NCBI RefSeq assembly: GCF_006345805.1
Contig: NW_021825277.1
Span: forward strand, 1-9,251
Origin: Octopus sinensis
Taxonomy: Eukaryota
Length of the DNA stretch: 9,251 nt
Reading direction: 5' to 3'
Shown: positions 1 through 8,899 of the stretch, in pieces
Layout: each line of letters opens with the position of its first letter
How positions within the stretch are numbered: position 1 is the stretch's first letter
Notes under the pieces: model-generated
Databases searched by the model: none
What the model was told of the DNA's origin: nothing
Seen by the model: the letters and a program-made list of their open reading frames with translations, nothing else
Program-made: the position numbers and the translations under genes

Positions 1-19
1 GAATATGGGGGTACTTGAG

Positions 20-53
20 ATTATGCAATAAATTACGTAATATATTATGCAAT
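20..53. repeat. Intra-monomer 3 x 12-bp sub-repeat ATTATGCAAT-AA / ATTACGTAAT-AT / ATTATGCAAT (first copy shown; present in nearly all full-length monomers)
   Basis: Boxes at monomer positions 20-29, 32-41 and 44-53. The middle box is a perfect 10-bp palindrome; the outer boxes are identical direct repeats 24 bp apart. Confidence 0.95.
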
Positions 54-71
54 TTTGGGAGGTCCCTAAAT
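52..71. repeat. Intra-monomer imperfect inverted repeat ATTTTGGGAGGTCCCTAAAT (first copy shown)
   Basis: 16 of 20 positions are self-complementary; core GGG-AGGT-CCC. The variant GGGAGCTCCC is a perfect 10-bp palindrome (SacI site). Confidence 0.85.
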
Positions 72-449
72 GTTCGAATATGTGGGTACTTGAGATTATG
101 CAATAAATTACGTAATATATTATGAAATTTTGGGAGGTCCCTAAATGTTCGAATATGGGGATACTTGACATTATGCAATAAATTACGTAAGATATTATGC
201 AATTTTGGGAGGTCCCTAAATGTGAGCATATGGGGGTACTTGAGATTATGCAATAGATTACGTAATATATTATGCAATTTTGGGAGGTCCCTAACTGTTC
301 GAAAATGGGGGTACTTGAGATTATGCAATAAATTACGTAATATCTTATGCAATTTTGGGAGGTCCCTAACTGTTCGAAAATGGGGGTACTTGAGATTATG
401 TATTAAATTAGGTAATATATTATGCAATTTTGGGAGCTCCCTAATTTGA

Positions 450-2511
450 GCATATGTAAGATTATGCAATAAATTACCGTAATACATTATGCAATTTTGG
501 GAGGTCCCTTCATACTCATGCTTACGATTAAATTATGGACGGGTACTTGAGATTATGGTATTTGAGATTAATGCCAATTTGGGAGGTCCCTAAATGTTCG
601 CATGACGGGTACTTGAGATTATGCAATTAATTACGTTTTTATTATGCAATTTTGGGAGGTCCACTAATGTTCAAAAATGGGGATATTTGACATTATGCAT
701 AAATTACGTAAGATATTATGCAATTTTGGGAGGTCCCTAAATGTGAGCATATGGGGGTACTTGAGATGATTACAATTAATTACGTTATAGATTTATCAAT
801 TTGGGGGGAGGTCCCTAAAATGTTATCGATATGGGATACTTGACATTATGCAATAAATTACGTAGATATTATGCAATTTTGGGATAGGGTCCTGGCATCT
901 AATGTGAGCATATGGGGGCTATTGAGATTATGCAAATCAATATACGTAATATATTATGCATTTTGGGAGGTCCTTAAATGTTCGAATATGGGGGTACTTG
1001 AGATTATGCAATAAATTACGTAATATATTATGCAATTTTGGGAGGTCCTTTAAAATGTTTCGAATATGGGCGGACGTACTTGAGAGATTATGCAATAAAT
1101 TACGTAATATATTATGTAATTTACCTAAAGGAAGGAAGGTCCTAAATGTGAGCATATGGGGGTACTTGAGATTATGCACTATTTTGGGAGGTCCATAATG
1201 TTCGATTATGGGGTACTTGAGATTATGCAATAAATTACGTAATATTTTACAATTTTAGGAGGTCACTAATGTTCGAATATGGGGGGTACTTGAGATTATT
1301 CAATAAATTACGTAATATATTATGCAATTTTGGGAGGTCCCTAAATGTGAGCATATGGGGGTACTTGAGATTATGCAATAAATTACGTAATATATTATGC
1401 AGAAGTTTTGGGAGGTCCCTAACTGTTGGAATTGGGGGTACTTGAGATTATGCAATAAATTACGTAATATATATGCATTTTGGGAGGTTCCCTAACTGTT
1501 CGAATATGGGGTACTTGAGATTATGCAATAAATTAGTACGTAATATATTATGCAATTTTGGGAGGTCCCTAATGTTCGAATATGGGGGTACTTGTTGAAT
1601 TATACAATAAATGACGTAAATATATTATCAATTTTTGGGAGGTCCCTAAATGTTTGGAATATGGGGGTACTTGAGATTATAGCAATAAATTACGTAATAT
1701 ATTATGCCAATTTTTGGGAGGTGGTCCCTACTGTTCGAATATGGGGGTACTTGAGATTATGCAATAAATTACGTAATATATCTGCATATTTGGGATTTAT
1801 GGATTGGGATTGTTGGGTGGGTCCCTAACTGTTCGAAATGGGGGTACTTGAGATTATGTAATTAAATTAGGTATATATTATGCATTTTGGGAGGGTCCCT
1901 AAATGTTCGAATATGGGGGTACTCTGAGATTATGCAATAAATTACGTAATATATGATGCAATTGAAGGGGAGGTCCCTAACTGTTCGAATATGGGGGTAC
2001 TTGAGATTATGCAATAAATTACGTAATATATTATGCAATTTTAGGAGGTCCCTAAATGTTCGAATATGGGGGTACTTGAGATTATGCAATAAATTACGTA
2101 ATATATTATGCAATTTTGGGAGGTCCCTAAATGTTCGAATATGTGGGTACTTGAGATTATGCAATAAATTACGTAATATATTATGCAATTTTGGGAGGTC
2201 CCTAAATGTTCGAATATGGGGATACTTGACATTATGCAATAAATTACGTAAGATATTATGCAATTTTGGGAGGTCCCTAAATGTGAGCATATGGGGGTAC
2301 TTGAGATTATGCAATAGATTACGTAATATATTATGCAATTTTGGGAGGTCCCTAACTGTTCGAAAATGGGGGTACTTGAGATTATGCAATAAATTACGTA
2401 ATATCTTATGCAATTTTGGGAGGTCCCTAACTGTTCGAAAATGGGGATACTTGAGATTATGCAATAAATTACGTAATATTTTATGCAATTTTGGGAGCTC
2501 CCTAGATGTGA
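450..2511. repeat. Long HOR subunit L1 (about 28 monomers; noisy, with two monomers fused near 541-570)
   Basis: Starts at the 67-bp GCATATGTAAG monomer. Contains the 53-bp TGCACTATTTT monomer (1152), the TTGTTGA monomer (1578) and the ATATGATGCA monomer, in the same order as 3646-5691. Confidence 0.85.
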
Positions 2512-3645
2512 GCATATGTAAGATTATGCAATAAATTACGTAATACATTATGCAATTTTGGGAGGTCTCTAAATCTTCGATTATGGGGGTACTTGAGATT
2601 ATGCAATAGATTACGTAATATATTATGCAATTTTGGGAGCTCCCTAGATATGAGCATACGCAGGTATTTGAGCTTATGCACAATTTTGGGAGGTCCCTAA
2701 ATGTTCGATTATGGGATACTTGAGATTATGCAATTAATTACGTTATTTATTATGCAATTTTGGGAGGTCACTAAATGTTCAAAAATGGGGATATTTGACA
2801 TTATGCAATAAATTACGTAAGATATTATGCAATTTTGGGAGGTCCCTAAATGTGAGCATATGGGGGTACTTGAGATTATGCAATTAATTACGTTATATAT
2901 TATGCAATTTTGGGAGGTCCCTAAATGTTCGAATATGGGGGTACTTGAGATTATGCAATAAATTACGTAATATATTATAAAGTTTTGGGAGGTCCCTAAC
3001 TGTTCGAATATGGGGGTACTTGAGATTATGCAATAAATTACGTAATATATTATGCAATTTTGGGAGGTTCCTAACTGTTCGAATATGGGGGTACTTGAGA
3101 TTATGCAATAAATTACGTAATATATTATGCAATTTTGAGAGGTCCCTAACTGTTCGAATATGGGGGTACTTGAGATTATGCAATAAATTACGTAATATAT
3201 TATGCAATTTTGGGAGGTCCCTAAATGTTCGAATATGTGGGTACTTGAGATTATGCAATAAATTACGTAATATATTATGAAATTTTGGGAGGTCCCTAAA
3301 TGTTCGAATATGGGGATACTTGACATTATGCAATAAATTACGTAATATATTATGCAATTTGGGAGGTCCCGATATGTTGGGAGGGGGACAACCACAAAGA
3401 CGCTATAGATCCTAATGTGAGCATATGGGGGTACTTGAGATTATGCAATAGATTACGTAATATATTATGCAATTTTGGGAGGTCCCTAACTGTTCGAAAA
3501 TGGGGGTACTTGAGATTATGCAATAAATTACGTAATATCTTATGCAATTTTGGGAGGTCCCTAACTGTTCGAAAATGGGGGTACTTGAGATTATGTATTA
3601 AATTAGGTAATATATTATGCAATTTTGGGAGCTCCCTAAATTTGA
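2512..3645. repeat. Short HOR subunit S1 (15 monomers plus an approximately 42-bp non-repeat insert)
   Basis: Monomer starts at 2512, 2579, 2654, 2707, 2781, 2856, 2931, 3006, 3081, 3156, 3231, 3306, 3421, 3496, 3571. Lacks the TGCACTATTTT and TTGTTGAG monomers. Confidence 0.92.
3371..3412. other. Approximately 42-bp non-repeat insertion inside a monomer (real insertion or sequencing artefact)
   Basis: GATATGTTGGGAGGGGGACAACCACAAAGACGCTATAGATCC lies between GGGAGGTCCC and TAATGTGA, making that monomer 115 bp. It is absent from all homologous monomers. Confidence 0.75.
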
Positions 3646-5691
3646 GCATATGTAAGATTATGCAATAAATTACGTAATACATTATGCAATTTTGGGAGGT
3701 CTCTAAATCTTCGATTATGGGGGTACTTGAGATTATGCAATAGATTACGTAATATATTATGCAATTTTGGGAGCTCCCTAGATATGAGCATACGCAGGTA
3801 TTTGAGATTATGCACAATTTTGGGAGGTCCCTAAATGTTCGATTATGGGGGTACTTGAGATTATGCAATTAATTACGTTATTTATTATGCAATTTTGGGA
3901 GGTCACTAAATGTTCAAAAATGGGGATATTTGACATTATGCAATAAATTACGTAAGATATTATGCAATTTTGGGAGGTCCCTAAATGTGAGCATATGGGG
4001 GTACTTGAGATTATGCAATTAATTACGTTATATATTATGCAATTTTGGGAGGTCCCTAAATGTTCGAATATGGGGATACTTGACATTATGCAATAAATTA
4101 CGTAAGATATTATGCAATTTTGGGAGGTCCCTAAATGTGAGCATATGGGGGTACTTGAGATTATGCAATAAATTACGTAATATATTATGCAATTTTGGGA
4201 GGTCCTTAAATGTTCGAATATGGGGGTACTTGAGATTATGCAATAAATTACGTAATATATTATGCAATTTTGGGAGGTCCTTAAATGTTCGAATATGGGG
4301 GTACTTGAGATTATGCAATAAATTACGTAATATATTATGTAATTTTGGAAGGTCCCTAAATGTGAGCATATGGGGGTACTTGAGATTATGCACTATTTTG
4401 GGAGGTCCATAAATGTTCGATTATGGGGGTACTTGAGATTATGCAATAAATTACGTAATATATTATGCAATTTTAGGAGGTCACTAAATGTTCGAATATG
4501 GGGGTACTTGAGATTATGCAATAAATTACGTAATATATTATGCAATTTTGGGAGGTCCCTAAATGTGAGCATATGGGGGTACTTGAGATTATGCAATAAA
4601 TTACGTAATATATTATGAAGTTTTGGGAGGTCCCTAACTGTTGGAATATGGGGGTACTTGAGATTATGCAATAAATTACGTAATATATTATGCAATTTTG
4701 GGAGGTTCCTAACTGTTCGAATATGGGGGTACTTGAGATTATGCAATAAATTACGTAATATATTATGCAATTTTGGGAGGTCCCTAACTGTTCGAATATG
4801 GGGGTACTTGTTGAGATTATACAATAAATTACGTAATATATTATGCAATTTTGGGAGGTCCCTAAATGTTTGAATATGGGGGTACTTGAGATTATACAAT
4901 AAATTACGTAATATATTATGCAATTTTGGGAGGTCCCTAACTGTTCGAATATGGGGGTACTTGAGATTATGCAATAAATTACGTAATATATTATGCAATT
5001 TTGGGAGGTCCCTAACTGTTCGAAAATGGGGGTACTTGAGATTATGTATTAAATTAGGTAATATATTATGCAATTTTGGGAGGTCCCTAAATGTTCGAAT
5101 ATGGGGGTACTTGAGATTATGCAATAAATTACGTAATATATGATGCAATTTTGGGAGGTCCCTAACTGTTCGAAAATGGGGGTACTTGAGATTATGCAAT
5201 AAATTACGTAATATATTATGCAATTTTAGGAGGTCCCTAAATGTTCGAATATGGGGGTACTTGAGATTATGCAATAAATTACGTAATATATTATGCAATT
5301 TTGAGAGGTCCCTAAATGTTCGAATATGTGGGTACTTGAGATTATGCAATAATTACGTAATATATTATGCAAGTTTTGGGAGGTCCCTAAATGTTCGAAT
5401 ATGGGATACTTGACATATGCAATAAATTACGTAAGATATTATGCAATTTTGGGAGGGTCCCTAAATGTGAGCATATGGGGGTACTTAGATTATGCAATAG
5501 ATTACGTATATATTATGCAATTTTGGGAGGTCCCTAACTGTTCGAATGGGGGTACTTGAGATTATGCAATAAATTACGTAATAAGTCTTATGCAATTTTG
5601 GGAGGTCCCTAACTGTTCGAAAATGGGGATACTTGAGATTTGCAATAAATTACGTAAATTTTATGCAATTTTGGGAGCTCCCTAGATGTGA
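3646..5691. repeat. Long HOR subunit L2 (28 monomers; cleanest copy)
   Basis: Monomer starts at 3646, 3713, 3788, 3841, 3916, 3991, 4066, 4141, 4216, 4291, 4366, 4419, 4494, 4569, 4644, 4719, 4794, 4872, 4947, 5022, 5097, 5172, 5247, 5322, 5397, 5471, 5544, 5619. Expected length 28x75-8-22-22+3=2051; observed 2046. Confidence 0.93.
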
Positions 5692-6853
5692 GCATATGTA
5701 AGATTATGCAATAAATTACGTAATACATTATGCAATTTTGGGAGGTCTCTAAATCTTCGATTATGGGGGTACTTGAGATTATGCAATAGATTACGTAATA
5801 TATTATGCAATTTTGGGCTCCCTAGATATGACCATACGCAGGTATTTGAGATTATGCACAATTTTGGGAGGTCCCTAAATGTTCGATTATGGGGGTACTT
5901 GAGATTATGCAATTAATTACGTTATATATTATGCAATTTTGGGAGGTCCCTAAATGTTCAAAAATGGGGATATTTGACATTATGCAATAAATTACGTAAG
6001 ATATTATGCAATTTTGGGAGGTCCCTAAATGTGAGCATATGGGGGTACTTGAGATTATGCAATTAATTACGTAATATATTATGCAATTTTGGGAGGTCCC
6101 TAAATGTTCGAATATGGGGGTACTTGAGATTATGCAATAAATTACGTAATATATTATGCAATTTTGGGAGGTCCCTAACTGTTCGAATATGGGGGTACTT
6201 GAGATTATGCAATAAATTACGTAATATATTATGCAATTTTGGGAGGTCCCTAACTGTTCGAATATGGGGTACTTGAGATTATGCAATAAATTACGTATAT
6301 ATTATGCAATTTTGAAGGTCCCTAACTGTTCGAATATGGGGAGTACTGAGATTATGCAATAATTACGTAATATATTATGCAATTTTGGGAGGTCCCTAAA
6401 TGTTCGAATATGGGTACTTGAGATTATGCAATAAATTACGTAATATATTATGCAATTTTGGGAGGTCCCTAAATGTTCGAATATGGGGGTACTTGAGATT
6501 ATGCAATAAATTACGTAATATATTATGCAATTTTGGGAGGTCCCTAAATGTGAGCATATGGGGGTACTTGAGATTATGCAATAAATTACGTAATATATTA
6601 TGCAATTTTGGGAGGTCCCTAACTGTTCGAAAATGGGGGTACTTGAGATTATGCAATAAATTACGTAATATCTTATGCAATTTTGGGAGGTCCCTAACTG
6701 TTCGAAAATGGGGGTACTTGAGATTATGTATTAAATTAGGTAATATATTATGCAATTTTGGGAGCTCCCTAAATTTGAGCATATGGGGATACTTGAGATT
6801 ATGCAATAAATTACGTAATATTTTATGCAATTTTGGGAGCTCCCTAGATGTGA
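5692..6853. repeat. Short HOR subunit S2 (16 monomers, including one extra chimeric monomer at 6779)
   Basis: Same cassette start as S1 and no long-specific monomers. Extra monomer 6779-6853. Confidence 0.9.
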
Positions 6854-8899
6854 GCATATGTAAGATTATGCAATAAATTACGTAATACATTATGCAATTT
6901 TGGGAGGTCTCTAAATCTTCGATTATGGGGGTACTTGAGATTATGCAATAGATTACGTAATATATTATGCAATTTTGGGAGCTCCCTAGATATGAGCATA
7001 CGCAGGTATTTGAGATTATGCACAATTTTGGGAGGTCCCTAAATGTTCGATTATGGGGGTACTTGAAGAAAGAGATATGCAATAATTACGTATTTATTAT
7101 GCAATTTTTGGGAGGTCCCTAAATGTTCAAAAATGGGGATATTTGAGATTATGCAATAAATTACGTAAGATATTATGCAATTTTGGGAGGTCCCTAATGT
7201 GAGCATATGGGGGGTACTTGAGATTATCAATTAAATTACGTTATATATTATGCAATTTTGGGAGGTCCCTAAATGTTTCGATATGGGGATACTTGACATT
7301 ATGCAATAAAGTACGTAAGATATTATGCAATTTTGGGAGTCCCTAAATGTGAGCATATATGGGGGTACGTTGAGATTATGCAATAATATACGTAATATAT
7401 TATGCAATTTTGGGAGGTCCCTAAATGTTCGAATATGGGGGTACTTGAGATTATGCAATAAATTACGTAATATATTATGCAATTTTGGGAGGTCCTTAAA
7501 TGTTCGAATATGGGGGTACTTGAGATTATGCAATAAATTACGTAATATATTATGTAATTTTGGAAGGTCCCTAAATGTGAGCATATGGGGGTACTTGAGA
7601 TTATGCACTATTTTGGGAGGTCCATAAATGTTCGATTATGGGGGTACTTGAGATTATGCAATAAATTACGTAATATATTATGCAATTTTAGGAGGTCACT
7701 AAATGTTCGAATATGGGGGTACTTGAGATTATGCAATAATTACGTAATATATGACAATTTTGGAGGTCCCTAAATGTTCGAATATGGGGGTACTTGAGAT
7801 TATGCAATAAATTACGTAATATATTATGCAAATTTGGGAGGTCCCTAAATGTTTCGAATATGGGGGTACTTGAGATTATGCAATAAATTACGTAATATAT
7901 TATGCAATTTTGGGAGGTCCCTAAATGTTCGAATATGTGGTACTTGAGATTATGCAATAAATTACGTAATATATTATGCAATTTTGGGAGGTCCCTAAAT
8001 TTTCGAATATGGGGGACTTGAATTATGCAATAAATACGTAATATATTATGAAGTTTTGGGAGGTCCCTACCTGTTCAATAATGTGGGGTACTTGAGATTA
8101 TGCAATAAATTACGTAATATATTATGCAATTTTGGGAGGTCCCTAACTGTTCGAATATGGGGGTACTTGTTGAGATTATACAATAAATTAGTAATATATT
8201 ATGCAATTTTGGGAGGTCCCTAAATGTTTGAATATGGGGGTACTGAGATTATGCAATAAATTACGTAATATATTATGCAATTTTGGGAGGTCCCTAACTG
8301 TTCGATATGGGGTACTTGTTGAGATTATACAATAAATTACGTAATATATTATGCAATTTTGGGAGGTCCCTAAATGTTTGATATGTGGTACTTGAGTTAT
8401 GCAATAAATTACGTAATATATATATGCAAATTTTAGGAGGTCCCTAAATGTTCGAATATGGGGGTTACTTGAGATTATGCAATAAATTACGTAATATATT
8501 ATGCAATTTTGGGAGGTCCCTAAATGTTCGAAGATGGGGGTACTTGAGATTATGCAATAAATTACGTAATATATTATGCAATTTTGGAGGTCCCTAAATG
8601 TTCGAATATGGGGATACTTGACATTATGCAATATTACGTAAATATTATGCAATTTTGGGAGTTCCCTAATGTGAGCAATATGGGGGTACTTGAGATTATG
8701 CAATAGATTACGTAATATATTATGCAATTTTGGAGGTCCCTAACTGTTCGAAAATGGGGGTACTTGAGATTATGCAATAAATTACGTAATATCTTATTAT
8801 GCAATTTTGGGAGGTCCCTAACTGTTCGAAATGGGGGTACTTTAAGATTATGTATTAATTAGGTAATATATTTGCAATTTTGGGAGCTCCCTAATGTGA
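6854..8899. repeat. Long HOR subunit L3 (28 monomers, distal half remodelled)
   Basis: The first 12 monomers match L2 (TGCACTATTTT monomer at 7581). The TTGTTGAG monomer is present twice (8153, 8304). Confidence 0.85.

Larger units (their letters stand above)
1..449. repeat. 3' part of a short-type HOR subunit (6 monomers)
   Basis: The variant order (standard, TGTGGG+TGAAA, TTGAC, CAATAGATT, TATCTT, TTAGGTAAT+GAGCTC) matches 3156-3645, including the TATGAAATTT marker. Confidence 0.85.

Noticed and set aside
57-86. G-quadruplex or telomere-like function suggested by the G-rich + strand
   Set aside because: Only two runs of three or more G per monomer, separated by about 22 and 45 nt; there is no short telomeric unit.
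3646-3840. The -8 and -22 deletions sum to -30 (frame-restoring)
   Set aside because: The second -22 monomer in long subunits is uncompensated and stops occur within the cassette, so this is not evidence of coding constraint.
3916-4065. 150-bp dimer matching nucleosome core length
   Set aside because: Numerical coincidence cannot be excluded; there is no 10-bp phased A-tract pattern and the host is unknown.
5140-5149. ATGATGCAAT, a C/EBP-ATF composite (amino-acid response) element, also at 1953-1962
   Set aside because: It is a single substitution from the consensus box in one monomer class, which is expected by chance.
4393-5349. Leucine-rich-repeat-like look of the minus-strand 25-aa repeat (TFRDLPKLHNILRNLL)
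   Set aside because: It does not fit LxxLxLxxNxL (the hydrophobic residue and Asn are displaced by one), has no capping domains, and the frame is not preserved through the HOR.
7064-7078. GAAGAAAAGAGAT resembling part of the PacBio hairpin adapter
   Set aside because: The match is short and imperfect, and no strand inversion follows.
450-8899. Rolling-circle or MDA concatemer of a single 3.2-kb circle
   Set aside because: Successive copies differ by structured multi-base variants and monomer content (extra 6779 monomer, remodelled L3) that read error cannot produce.
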